A DNA stretch of 64,000 nucleotides from NCBI RefSeq assembly GCF_009914755.1, contig NC_060934.1; one strand, 5' to 3'. The notes under the pieces are model-generated. The model had not been told where the DNA came from and made no database searches. It saw nothing but the letters and a program-made list of their open reading frames with translations. Made by a program: the position numbers and the translations under genes. Below, piece by piece: positions 42,574-54,898 of this stretch. The stretch is from the human T2T-CHM13v2.0 reference genome, Homo sapiens. Within the stretch, counting starts at the first letter, position 1; each line of letters starts with the position of its first letter.

Positions 42574-44191
42574 ATGAGGGGAAGGACGTTTCAGGTAGGG
42601 AGGGCAGCTTGTGAGAAGGTACTGAGGATATGTCACCCTGTGGATCCAACATGAGATCCCTGACTGGAAGCTCTGGTCAGTTTTTAAAGAGCAAATCTGG
42701 AAAATTTAATGATGTTTCCTGCTTCTGTTTTATGGGCCTCTGGAGAACCTACAAAGGAATAACAGTTAACCAGACAGGAGTTAAAATCCCTGCTCAACAA
42801 AGAACCTATTTCCTTTCCTAGGAAGGACTCATTCCACATTGGCTGACTCACAACTCTTGACTGGTTTCCTCTGCTAATGGCTATGGCCAGCCTTTGTCTG
42901 TGCAGGATGTAGCCTTTTCGGCGCTGAGCTTGTTCGTTCTGGGAACGAATCCTGCCTTTGTTCTGGACTTGCATCTTCTGGTAACAAGAGGCTGGAACCC
43001 CTACCATGGCTCCTTCAAGGGGTCTCTTTGTATTCCACATACAACTCCTCCATCATCCTAGGGGGCTCAGACCTCATCTTTTCTGGCATAGCTTTTCTAT
43101 TTTCCTCCATTGCAAAGATAGAGTAGTCAGCCCTGGTTTTAAAGAGAAATCGCTGTTTAGAGAGAATTTCACCTTGAATTGCCACTTTATGTTGAAAGGA
43201 TTAAGAAAGAAAAGGAAAGAAGAAATAAGAGAAAAAGAAAAGGCCCCAGGAATGTTTCCAGTGGTTTTCTTACATGCCATATATGCATTGGGATCTCTCA
43301 GGCCACGGAAGCCTCTCTACCTCCTGGGCAAGAATTGGGCTATTTGAAGCAGCCACTGGCTAGTCCCAGCAGGGGCAGAGGGAGGGGCAATGGCAGGGAC
43401 CGGCTCTGTCCATCCAGCATGGATGGAGATTCGGCTCCAGCAAGATTGCCAGGCGAAAACAGAGATGAGGTTGCCAATGCTGGCTCAGTGTGCTGAGGAT
43501 TAGAGGAGGCTCAGCTGCAGAGTCTGTAATCCTGGACTAGCCTGGATTTGTCATTGGTTTAATGATGAATCTACTACTCTCTTTGTACTTACATAGCCCA
43601 AGAAAAAACAATGACCTAGTACCACCCTGAAAGGTGTAAGAAACAAAGCAAAGGCAATCCAAATGTTAAATTGGAGGCCACAGAGCCAAGCCCACCTCCA
43701 TGGTTGAGCAGTTACTCTGCCTCCTTCCTTTGGTCTTACCTGACTGTCTGCAATTAGCTCAGTGGTGGTGGGGGGCACAGGGGAAGGCTGTGAGCTTCAA
43801 GCCGTGGCATGTACCAAGAAGCTATCTTGATGTTGATGACCTTGGTCCCTCTGATGGACAAGTTTGAGATCATAAAATGAGTACCTGTGATGACTGAACA
43901 ATGTGCTGGCGTGTTCCATCCCCTTTTGCAAAGAACCTTCCCAGAACATAAGTGTGAAAACCCACCTGAATCGGGTGCTTTGGCTTCATGTGTAAACGTG
44001 GCAGTGCTTCACGAAGATCCCTCCCATGCACATGTGCATTGCCCTTACTCTTAGCACCTGGTTCTCCAGGAGAGGAAATCCCTTCTCCCTTCTTGGGAAA
44101 GGGGCTGTGTTAGACACTTTCATCTGAGGGGTTCATTGGAAGACACTATAAGCTACATGGGTCAATATTAGCCCAGCTGAATTCCATCATC

Positions 44192-44507
44192 TTTTTTTTT
44201 TTTTTTTTTTTTTTTTTTTGGAGACAGGGTATCTGTTGTCCAGGCTGGAGTACAGTGGCGTGATCTCAGGATCTCAGCTCACTGCAATCTCTGCCTCCTG
44301 GGTTCAAGCAATTCTCCTGCCTCAGCCTCTCAAGTAGCTGGGATTACAGGCACTAACCACCACGCACGGCTAATTTTTGTATTTTTAGTAGAGACGCAGG
44401 GTTTCAACATGTTGGTCAGACTGGTCTCGAACTCCTCATCTTGTGATCTGCCTGCCTTGACCTCCCAAAGTGCTGCGATTACAGGTGTGAGCCACTGCAC
44501 CTGGCCA
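44192..44507 (-). mobile_element. Alu SINE, AluS (8-bp internal duplication GATCTCAG)
   Basis: Poly-T followed by reverse Alu. Confidence 0.95.
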
Positions 44508-44577
44508 GGAATTCCTTTGTCTTATAAAAATTATTTTTAATTTTAAAATAGGTATGTTTATTAAAGAAAAATTAGTT

Positions 44578-44887
44578 GGCCAGGTGCAGTGGCTCAGGCC
44601 TGTAATCCCAGCACTTTGGGAGGCCAAGGCAGGCAGATCATGAGGTCAGGAGTTTGAGACCAGCCTGGACAATATGGTGAAACCTCATCTCTACTAAAAA
44701 TACAAAAAAAAATTAGCCAGTTGTGGTGGTGGGCACCTGTAATCTCAGCTACTCAGGAGGCTGGGCCAGGAGAATTGCTTGAACCCAGGAAGGTGGAGGT
44801 TGCAGTAAGCCAAGATGATGCCACTGCACTCCAGCCTGGGCAACAAGAGCAAGACTCCATCTCAAAAAAAAAAGAAAAGAGAAAAGA
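44578..44887 (+). mobile_element. Alu SINE, AluS
   Basis: Full dimer, (GAAAA)n tail, TSD AAAGAAAAATTAG. Confidence 0.95.
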
Positions 44888-44899
44888 AAAGAAAAATTA

Positions 44900-44995
44900 G
44901 CCTACAGCCATACTACCTTGAATATGTCTGATCTCATCTGATCTCAGAAGCTAAGCACGGTCAGGCCTAGTTAGTACTTGCATGGGAGAAGCTTT
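44900..44995 (+). pseudogene. 5S rRNA retropseudogene (nt 1-90 plus a possible 3' GCTTT remnant)
   Basis: GCCTACAGCCATACTACCTTGAA..GATCTCAGAAGCTAAGCACGGTCAGGCCTAGTTAGTACTTGCATGGGAGA aligns to 5S GTCTACGGCCATACCACCCTGAAC..GGATGGGAGA with CpG decay. Confidence 0.92.
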
Positions 44996-45682
44996 AGAAA
45001 ACTTACAAAAGGAAAGAAGGGAAAAAAATTACCTATGATTCTACCATCTAAACACAATGATTCCTGTTAACGGTTTGGTATGTTCTCCAATAGGATTTCT
45101 TTCCTACCAGAGGAAAGCCTTTTACATGGCTGTAACTGTAATGTATATACAATTTTGTGCACTGGTTTTAGATTTAACATTAAATAGTAAATGAATAGTA
45201 AATATCACTTTTTAATGGCAGCATAGTATGTCCTTAAGTTCCTGTGTACTTGGCACTTGGGCGACTTAAGCCACAAGGACTCAGTAACGGTTGAAGGTCA
45301 CACAGTGAGTGGGTGATGCAGCCAGCCGTAGCCCGAGTCTCCCACCTCCCAGGTGAACACTCATTATATTCACTGGATCTCAGTCTTTCCCTGACTTTGT
45401 CCCCACACGTGGGGTGTATACCACTGCCAGTTGCCTCCTCCTTACATTATTGTGTTTTAACACCCTCTTCTACTTCCAGTGAGGGCCACTATACCACCCG
45501 CTGCAGGACATGTCCCCGGCATGGAGGCCAGATTATCCCCGTCTATCCTGGTACCGGAAGAGACCCATAGTATCATAATAAATAACAGTATTCATGGGGG
45601 CCAGGTGTGCCATGTGCTTCTCCCAACCCAGCTTCCACCTCTTACCTTAATACTAGTTTTGGAGTAAAAGGAAGGATTAACT

Positions 45683-45811
45683 GACATGGCATAGTGGCTC
45701 ATGCCTGTAATCCCAACACTTTGGGAGGTCGAGGCCTGCGGATCACCTGAGGTCAGGAGTTGGAGACCAGACTGACCAACATGGTGAAACCCCGTCCCTA
45801 CTAAAAATACA
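45683..45811 (+). mobile_element. AluS left monomer only
   Basis: GTGGCTCATGCCTGTAATCCC..CTACTAAAAATACA, then non-Alu sequence. Confidence 0.88.
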
Positions 45812-47580
45812 CCTTGTGTACTGGGAGGTGCTTTAGTGGAAATACAAAGTCTTTGGAATCCAACAAACATTGTTTCAAATAACCACATACTAGGCTTTGA
45901 CACTTTAGGTGAGGTACTCAGTCATTTGGAGCTTCAATGTTCTAATCTGTAAAATGGGGATAGTGATCTTAATTTGTTTTAAGACTTGTGAAAATCAAGA
46001 GAATGTGTGAAGCAGGTAGCATAATTAGCCTTGTGCACCCAGACTTACTGCCTACCACATGTTCCCCACTCCTTCCTTGCCTGGCACAGTGCTGGTATAC
46101 AGTAGGTACTCAATACATGCCTACGACATTGAACTGAATTTTCATTTGGGATGTTCAGCTTGTGCGTCTTCATTTCCAGATTGGAACTGGAGTTGTGTCC
46201 CAGTCTCTGGGTAAGAGCTAGGACCATACAATTAGAAGGGCTTATTCTAAGTATTGGCATTTATTCTCCTGGGAATTGCACTCCAGGCCGTGTATGAGGG
46301 TTCCTTTTATTTCAATAATCAAGCTCACATTCAGTGTATCATGTTACGGAGCTCACAATAGCAGATACACAGCTCCGGCTGTACCAGGTGACACGTGGCT
46401 CCTACCAGAATCCTGAAGGTAGGCACGGTCCTCATCCTTCTTTCCTGTGGCTGGCTGTGGCTGGCAGGTTTCAGGTGTTTGTTTTTAACCACTGCACATC
46501 ACTGCTTCTCCCACAATGGCAGACAGGAGCAGAGCCTTCTATGTGGGTTTGGGAAGATGTGTGTGGTGGGGCGCTTTTCAATAAACTCTTAGTCTAAGAA
46601 AGTTCTGGGCATAATGAAAGAAGACAGAGAGAGGAAGGGCCAAACCTGCTGATTGGAGTAGAGCCTGGCAGCTTGGGGAAACCTAGTAGACCATGGGAAG
46701 GACTCAAGGCCAGAAGAGAAAGGCAGCCACGGCCAGGCTGGCTGGTTCCCTCAGGTCAGGAGCTGGGACTGGCGCTTTTAGGTGTCTGTGACTGAGTCAG
46801 CGGCTGAGGCCAACGGAGCCTGGGACAGCCTGTGGGCTGTGACTAAATTAGGAAGAAAAAGCCTTTGGGCTCTCCTGGGAGGTCACTGGGGCAGGTGGCC
46901 CATGGAAGAGCCTCTGGTGGGCAGCTAGAAACAGGCTGGTCAAACATATCCGACTGGCTTTCACTTTGGTTTTTCAGTGCGACTATAGAAACGTCACACA
47001 CCGGGTCTGAATTCAGTCCCAGCAGGAGGGAAGCCCCCCTGATGCCAGGATACCCCAAGCCCCATCTCCTCCAAGGGGCTAAGTTAAAATAGGAGAATCT
47101 AGTAAGCCTCAATCACTAAGTCATTTATAAGCTCACTGGGGAGTTTTGACCTTTTAAAAGGAATATACCCTATTGACTGTTTTGGATAGGAGATTACAGT
47201 GGACACCAGGCATTGCAGGTAGACATCAGCCTGTCCCAGACAGGACAAATTGGAATGATGGTTGCTTTGCATAACCTGACAATGAAGTACCTGTGACAAC
47301 AGATTTTGATTTTAGAAAATCACGTGAAGGTTGAGTTTGGTTTGAGTGTTTAAGGATTACAGTGTGAGATTTGGAAGGAGAAAAGTAAAAAAAAGTTGGC
47401 AGGAGAACGGTGGCTCCTCGGAAGAAAAGTTACATTTCTAAGTAATCAAACTCTGAATGAGGCCAGCCAGGGTCTTTAGCCACTTCCTCACAGAGAGGGG
47501 CTTCTTGGCTTTTTTTTTTTTTTTTTTTTTTTTTGGTATTGTACTTTCTGCAAGACTGGTTGAAGGCGTTAGCCTGAGAG

Positions 47581-47782
47581 CACAGTTTCTCAACTGCAAC
47601 ACTATTGATATCTTGGGCCAAATAATTATCTTTTGTGGTGGTTGTCTTGAGCATTGTAGGATTTTGTCAGCATCCCTGGTCTCTGCCCAGTAGATGCCAG
47701 TTGCATCCCATCACCCCCCTCAGTTCTGACAACAAACTGTTTCCAGCATTACCCTGGGGGCCAAAATCATCCCCAGCCACTG
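47581..47782. mobile_element. MER20 hAT MITE
   Basis: TTTCTCAAC..CACTATTGATATCTTGGGCCAAATAATT..CAGCATCCCTGGTCTCTGCCCAGTAGATGCCAG. Confidence 0.85.
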
Positions 47783-48022
47783 CTTAGAGCAAAGGAGAAC
47801 TCACTTTTCCTCCTGAAAGGTATTGCAGTTACCACTGGGTAGGTGAAATGATGGGTCATCTCCGTTCATCTCCTGTTCCACAAAAATAAAGAAGGGCAAG
47901 TGTTTCAGGAGCTTTGCTGGCTGGGAGTCAGTTTGCTGGGGTTGTCTGATGTAGCTGGATTGCTAAGGTTTTTAAGGGTATCTTCAGGACCAAATTTTCA
48001 CCCGTGAAAACCCAGAGTAAAA

Positions 48023-48090
48023 AGCAAGCAAGCAAACAAACAAACAAACAGACCACCACCACCACCACCCACAGCAGCAACAACAAAAAA
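48023..48090. repeat. Compound microsatellite (CAAG)(CAAA)(CAC)(CAG)(CAA)
   Basis: Directly visible. Confidence 0.8.
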
Positions 48091-48299
48091 TAGGGAAGTA
48101 AACCAGGCGAGGCTTTGGAATTTTATTAAAAATGGTCAGCGCGATCAGACCTAGATCCCTTCTTCTGAAGTGCTCTCAGGAGACCTGTCTCCATAGAGCT
48201 GGCTTGGGTGTTGATATGTGAAGAGGCTGAGAACATGTGGCATAAACATCGACTGATATTGTTTGCCATTTACACTCAGCATGTGTAATGCAGCAGGAA

Positions 48300-48590
48300 T
48301 GGCTCCCGGTGGCATGTGACTGCCCTTCCAGGCGGGTATGCCGTGCTCAGGCACTGCTCTTTCTCTTTCGCTCCCTCCCTCCCTCGCTTGCATACCCCCT
48401 CCGCTGCCCCTTTCCAGACTCGAGAGAGTTTGAGTGAAGGCTTGTCATGATTGGCATGCAGAAAGCTGGTAGAATGTCATTGGAATTTTCTAGGGAGGCA
48501 CATGCGCAACACCCAAAATGACTCCAGGCTTCGATAGCCGCAGGTCAGCCCGTCGTGCCAGGCACCCTGGTATGTTTCAGAAAGGTAAGG
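48300..48590 (+). promoter_or_regulatory. Candidate alternative promoter/first exon ending at AAAG|GTAAGG (48584/48585)
   Basis: Repeat-free CpG-retaining zone ~48100-48900, pyrimidine-rich 5'UTR-like tract, strong donor, in-frame ATGs at 48518 and 48572. Confidence 0.5.
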
Positions 48591-50072
48591 TTGCATGACA
48601 TCATCCTACCTTTCCCCAGCACAAGGGAGAAATCGAGGTTTATTTGTTTCTTTTTTAATTCTCCAGTTCAGGCAGCACCTCTAAACATGTTCTCGGCGCT
48701 GAGCATTTGTGCATGAGTATGCGATTTGTCTGTGTCCCCACCCCCTCCGTTTTAAAAAAAAATTAACAAATGATTCACAACGGCAGTTTAACATGTGACC
48801 TAAAACAGCTCCTCATGACCCCAGTGAAATCAGCGATCCTAATGTCAGGAAGTCTAGATGCTCTTTTTACGCTGGTTACTAAACTCTTCTTTAAAGAAAA
48901 GTCGCAAGGCTACTGGAAAACAGATTGAGTTATCACCAGATCTGGGAGAATGGAAGGGGATGCATTCAGAATCCCAAAACTTTATAAATGATGGGCATCT
49001 CTTAAGGGTGAGGTGCTTTGTGTTAATTGCTGGAATTTGGCAGTGATGGAAAATGAACTTAAAGGTGTTTGAAACATCTCGTATGTGTTGAGTGTTGACT
49101 CATTCTGGACCAGGAGGGGAGTGCCGTGTTAAAATTCATGAGCAGGGGATATTTCGCCAAGAAACAAGGCTTGAGAATAGCTTCTGAGCACCCCTGAAGT
49201 AGCTGGAATATGAATTTCAGCACCTCTTAGGTATCTTTAAGTAAAGTTAAGTGTTTAAACAAAACTATTTTCATTGTCGCCAAGCAAGCAAGCAAGTGCA
49301 TAAACTTCTGTTGTGCGGTTCAGGGTACAAATTTGGACATGGACATGATGGTCTGTTAGCAGACTCAAGCACAACCAAACATGACTCACCTCATTTCTCT
49401 ATCTGATGCAATTACAAGTAGCTTCAACACATGTGGTAGAGGAATACTAGTTTTCTGCTTGCAAGTGTGTAAAAGCAAATCCATACTCATAAAACGGCAT
49501 GGACGGGGTGTCTTATATCACGGAGATTTTTTTTTTAACCTCAAAAATAGCTTTTATGCAGCTTTGCCATTGGTTTCTGCCTTATATACATTGGAATCTT
49601 TTCTTTCTTGCAATTCTGAGATGTCAGAAAACTGAAGGGGAGAGGGTTAATATGTTCACACACTTGCCCTTCCCCCACATGCATATGCTAACAGCTGCCA
49701 TGTATGATTTTTGTGGAATTTGATATTTCGAATGAAATGACTTCCTTATTTTCCATAGTAATATAATAATCAATTTTACCACAGAGAACTGTGTACATGT
49801 CAAGCCTTGGCTGCCTCTAATTAGCAATGGATGGGGTAGCTGGGGAAAGTGCTGGAGAGCAGTTTCAAGTAAAAAAAATCAGTCTTCAAGCTTTAACCAT
49901 TCTTTCTGGCCTCAGCCAAGGCAGTTTTCAATCTGCTTGGATCGTAACCACAGGTTTAGTTTGTGGTATTCTAAGAAAATATCTAGAATGGCACATGCAA
50001 ATGTGATGAAGATGGGCCTGTGTATCTAACCGTTGTGAGGTTGTCTTTTAGCTCTACTCTGCAGTAACTTTG

Positions 50073-52030
50073 TTTTTTTTTTTGTTTTTTGTTTTTTGTT
50101 TTAATTGATCATTCTTGGGTGTTTCTCGCAGAGGGGTATTTGGCAGGGTCATAGGACAATAGTGGAGGGAAGGTCAGCAGATAAACAAGTGAACAAAGGT
50201 CTCTGGTTTTCCTAGGCAGAGGACCCTGCGGCCTTCCGCAGTGTTTGTGTCCCTGGGTACTTGAGATTAGGGAGTGGTGATGACTCTTAACGAGCATGCT
50301 GCCTTCAAGCATCTGTTTAACAAAGCACATCTTGCACTGCCCTTAATCCATTTAACCCTGAGTGGACACAGCACATGTTTCAGAGGGCACAGGGTTGGGG
50401 GTAAGGTCACAGATCAACAGGATCACAAGGCAGAAGAATTTTTCTTAGTACAGAACAAAATGAAAAGTCTCCCATGTCTACCTCTTTCTACACAGACACG
50501 GCAACCATCCGATTTCTCAATCTTTTCCCCGCCTTTCCCCTCTTTCTATTCCACAAAACCGCCATTGTCATCATGGCCCGTTCTCAATGAGCTGTTGGGT
50601 ACACCTCCCAGACGGGGTGGTGGCCGGGCAGAGGGGCTCCTCACTTCCCAGTAGGGGCGGCCGGGCAGAGGCGCCCCTCACCTCCCGGACGGGGCGGCTG
50701 GCCGGGCGGGGGGTGACCCCCCCACCTCCCTCCCGGACGGGGCGGCTGGCCGGGCAGAGGGGCTCCTCACTTCCCAGTAGGGGCGGCCGGGCAGAGGCGC
50801 CCCTCACCTCCCGGACGGGGCGGCTGGCCGGGCGGGGGGTGACCCCCCCACCTCCCTCCCGGACGGGGCGGCTGACCCCCCCCACCTCCCTCCCGGATGG
50901 GGTGGCTGGCCGGGCGGGGGGCTGACCCCCCCCACCTCCCTCCCAGACGGGGCGGCTGGCCGGGCGGGGGGGCTGACCCCCCCACCTCCCTCCCGGACGG
51001 GGTGGCTGGCCGGGCAGAGGGGCTCCTCACTTCCCAGTAGGGGCGGCCGGGCAGAGGTGCCCCTCACCTCCCGGACGGGGCGGCTAGCCGGGTGGGGGGC
51101 TGACCCCCCCACCTCCCTCCCGGACGGGGCGGCTGGCCTGGCGGGGGCTGACCCCCACCTCCCTCCCGGACGGGGTGGCTGCCGGGCAGAGACGCTCCTC
51201 ACTTCCCAGACGGGGTGGCTGCCGGGCGGAGGGGCTCCTCACTTCTCAGACGGGGCGGCTGCGGGGCGGAGGGGCTCCTCACTTCTCAGACGGGGCGGCT
51301 GCCGGGCGGAGGGGCTCCTCACTTCTCAGACGGGGCCGTTGCCAGACGGAGGGTCTCCTCGCTTCTCAGACGGGGCGGACGGGCAGAGACGCTCCTCACC
51401 TCCCAGACGGGGTCGCGGCCGGGTAGAGGCGCTCCTCACATCCCAGACGGGGTGGCGGGGCAAAGGCGCTCCCCACATCTCAGACGATGGGCGGCCGGGC
51501 AGAGACGCTCCTCACTTCCTAGATGGGATGGCAGCCGAGAAGAGGCGCTCCTCACTTCCTAGATGGGATGGCGGCGGGGCAGAGACGCTCCTCACTTTCC
51601 AGACTGGGCAGCCAGGCAGAGGGGCTCCTCACGTCCCAGACGATGGGTGGAGGTTGTAGCCAGCCGAGATCACGCCACTGCGCTCCAGCCTGGGCACCAT
51701 TGAGCACTGAGTGAACCAGACTCCGTCTGCAATCCCTGCACCTCGGTAGGCCGAGGCTGGCGGATCACTCGCGGTTAGGAGCTGGAGACCAGCCCGGCCA
51801 ACACAGCGAAACCCCGTCTCCACCAAAAAAATACGAAAACCAGTCAGGCGTGGCGGCGCGCGCCTGCAATCGCAGGCACTCGGCAGGCTGAGGCAGGAGA
51901 ATCAGGCAGGGAGGTTGCAGTGAGCCGAGATGGCAGCAGTACAGTCCAGCTTCAGCTCGGCATCAGAGGTAGACCGTGGAAAGAGGGGAGAGGGAGAGGG
52001 AGGGAAAGGGAGAGGGAGAGGGAGAGGGAG
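50073..52030 (-). mobile_element. SVA retrotransposon (SVA_D-like), near full length
   Basis: Poly-T, SINE-R (~50100-50600), GC-rich VNTR (~50600-51645), Alu-like domain (~51646-51975), (GGGAGA)n hexamer; TSD AACTTT(G/C)TT at 50066 and 52031. Confidence 0.97.
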
Positions 52031-52844
52031 AACTTTCTTATGGCCACAGCTTTGTAAGATAGAGGCAAAAGCCAAAAGTAATGCACATATAATATTCTCT
52101 GCCTTGGGCGACATCTGTGTTGTGTTGGCTGTAGTCAGAAAGATATGTGTCTTAAGGCACCAGAAACTTCCACCCATTTTGGGAAAGGGATATTTTTCTC
52201 AATAAATAGTTATATGGCTTATTTATAAAGCCCCAATCTTAATGTTCTCATTTAATCTAAGGAGTGTAAAGGAATTAAACTGTGCACATTCCCAAAACAC
52301 ACACGGAAACATATACCATGTCCTTCACAAGGAAACAGGGTATTCTGGTAAGATCTACATTCCCACATGCTTAAGACAGTCATAATTTCAAGTCAGTTGA
52401 ACCAGTATTTGTTCAGTGCCTCTAATTTGCCCAGTGTTGAGCCACATAGGCACTTGGGAGTTTGAAAGATTCTAGGATGTGGATGATGTCCTCAAGGTGC
52501 TTATAATTAGAAGGCAAAACTCCTCCCCTAGCAAACCTCACCTGGCATTCTGCAGCAGAAACTGTATGTGTTCTCTGGGGGAAATCTTGTTGCAAAAAAT
52601 ATTTATCGATTTGCATGAAAAGGTGCCAATAGAGCTAAGAAATATTTTTAGCTGTATTGTGTTTGACCCTTTGTGGACTTGTGACCCTTTGTGGACTTGT
52701 AGAAATTTCAGTGTTTATTCTTCAGGGTCATTTAAGACAAATGGTCATGCTGTTTGGAGTGACAAAAATGGCTTGTGGGACCCAAAGTAATAAAGAACAG
52801 ATTGATTCTATTCTTTTATAGATTGGTAATTCTTAGACTTTGCT

Positions 52845-52990
52845 GCACAATTGTTCTCCTGGGGAGCTATTAATATTACAAATTCCAGTGCCTGGGTTGA
52901 GTCAGTCTCTGGAGGTGGGACTCAAGCCCCAGTTCTTTTTAAAACTTCCCAAGTAATTCCTAAGTGCCACCAAGTTTGAGATCTAGTGAT
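52845..52990. mobile_element. MER5-family MITE
   Basis: CCTGGGGAGCT..CAGTGCCTGGG..TTTTAAAACTTCCCAAGTAATTCC..AAGTTTGAGA. Confidence 0.6.
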
Positions 52991-53480
52991 ACAGATGACT
53001 TTATCAACAACCTTTTTTTTGTTGTTATTTGTTTGTTTTAGCCTAAGCCTTCTAGGGTGAGTTTTGGAATGGGCTTTTTATAATGATGGGGGTGGGTGTT
53101 GACTAAAGAACTTTCAGCTTTCTGGAAGCTCACCCTCTGTTCTCTGTACTAGTGAACTCAGTGTAGATGGAGGTATGCTTTCTCCCTTTCCAACAAACCT
53201 GGTAATATGATGCCAAGCCAGTCACTCAACCATCTATGTTACCTAAGGTTCCCTGAACCTTGAGTGTTTTTATTACAGCAGCCCAAATGTTCTGAAAATC
53301 TTGATTATGTCTCTTAAGGGAAGGTAGTTTTATAATTAATTACATGTGTCCCTTGAAATTATTTTTACATTGTCTGAAACCCCCATGGAAGAGGAAGCCC
53401 ATTCTTGGTGTACTTGCAGCTAGTAGAAGTAGCTCATTAAAATACAGGGGTTACTCAATTCCTGATAACTCACTATAGAT

Positions 53481-53773
53481 TTTTTTTTTTTCAGACAGGG
53501 TCTTGCTCACTCACCCAGGCTGGAGTGCAGTGGTGGTATCATAGCTCACTGTAACCTCAAAACCCAGGGCTCAAGTGATCGTCCCACCTGAGCCTCCCAA
53601 GTAGCTGAGATTACAGTTGTGCGCCACCATGCCTGGCCAATCTAAAAAATTTTTTTAGAGACAGAATCTCTCTATGTTGCCCAGGCTGTTCTCGAATTCC
53701 TGGCCTCAAGTGATCCTTCTGCTGTGGCCTCCCAAAGTGTTAGGATTACAGGTGTGAGGCCACTACCCCCAGC
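53481..53773 (-). mobile_element. Alu SINE, AluJ
   Basis: ATCATAGCTCACTG, GCTCAAGTGATC diagnostics; TSD CTCACTATA(G/C)ATT. Confidence 0.93.
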
Positions 53774-53826
53774 CACCTCACTATACATTCTTAGGGTTGG
53801 AAAGTATTTTCAAAATACTCTAGTAC

Positions 53827-54013
53827 AGCGGTTCTCAAGGTGCAGCATCAGCCTCACCTGGACTTGTTAGAAATGTACATGTTCACGCTCCACCCCCAGA
53901 TCTTCCGAGTCAGACACAGAGATGAGGGTGTAGGTGGTGGTGAGGGGTGGGCCCAGCATCTGTGTTTTAGGAAGTTCTCCTCTCCGGGTGCCCACCAAAA
54001 TTTGAATTACTGC
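53827..54013. mobile_element. MER5A-like MITE
   Basis: CAGCGGTTCTCAA..CTTGTTAGAAATG..GGGCCCAGCATCTGTGTTTTA. Confidence 0.7.
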
Positions 54014-54898
54014 TGTTATTTCACCTTGTCAGAAACTGAGGTACCCCAGTCCTCAGATCTGTCTCTGCACCATGGCCAGATCATCCTAACTTTTCTGTGT
54101 CATGAATAACTGCCTTAAGAAAACACCCACCATCCTAAAATCATAAGGCATAAAGAAACCTTAAATGTTGTCTCATCTGACCCTCCCATTTCACAGATGA
54201 GAAAACTAAGGTCGATAGGGTGACATGAAGTCAATAAGATGTAGAGTTATTGGTGACAGAGCTTTTGGTCTACTTAAAACCGACACAGTCTTCCTCCCCC
54301 ACTGGCCCACATTGCCTCTCCAGTTTTATGTGGACTTCTAGTATTTGGCTGAAATCACGTCAGTTAAAATGTCTAGGTTAATTGTCAGGCAACTCTAGAA
54401 AAAGACCAACAGAATTTTAATTCTTTAAAATTAATCCAAAATTCTTTCATTTCAAATTGGCTTGAATTTTATAACTGTCTTTGTACATTTAATAGAAAAA
54501 AATATCGGTGATGTAAACTGCTGAAAAGAAAATTCACAGAACATGGGGACCAGTCCTGGAACATAGGTTTCATCCCAACATCGTGTAGATTAGGCACTTA
54601 ACAGCGCCTCAGAGGCACACACTGAAATTGCATTTTCTTCCGATTTGGTTAAAAGGAAAAACGTGACAAGAAGTCTGTTTGTTGAATACTTTACAATTTT
54701 ATACTTGATGTGGTTAGTGATATTTACATAATTTTGTCCGTGTTCAAAGACTGAATCTAATCCACATTCTCTGTAGAGCTTCATCTTTCAAAGCATTGTA
54801 GCAATACACAGGGAACATTAAGCCAAGAAAACGAAGGGAGAACACACAGCTATTATCTACATACACATATACATGGAGCAGGCATGTCCATGGATAAA

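Noticed and set aside
44900-44995. Functional 5S rRNA gene
   Set aside because: Incomplete, CpG-decayed, TSD-flanked and not in a tandem cluster; it is a pseudogene.
48518-48584. Assigning a gene symbol from the short peptide
   Set aside because: I do not recognise the peptide; any name would be a guess.
50109-52205. Cluster of long GC-rich ORFs (up to 200 aa) and an apparent CpG island
   Set aside because: Almost entirely within the SVA VNTR, Alu-like and SINE-R domains; stop-poor repeat sequence, not a gene or host promoter.
52664-52700. Short tandem duplications (18 bp here; 10 bp at 12192; 9 bp at 208)
   Set aside because: Ordinary slippage products with no further structure.
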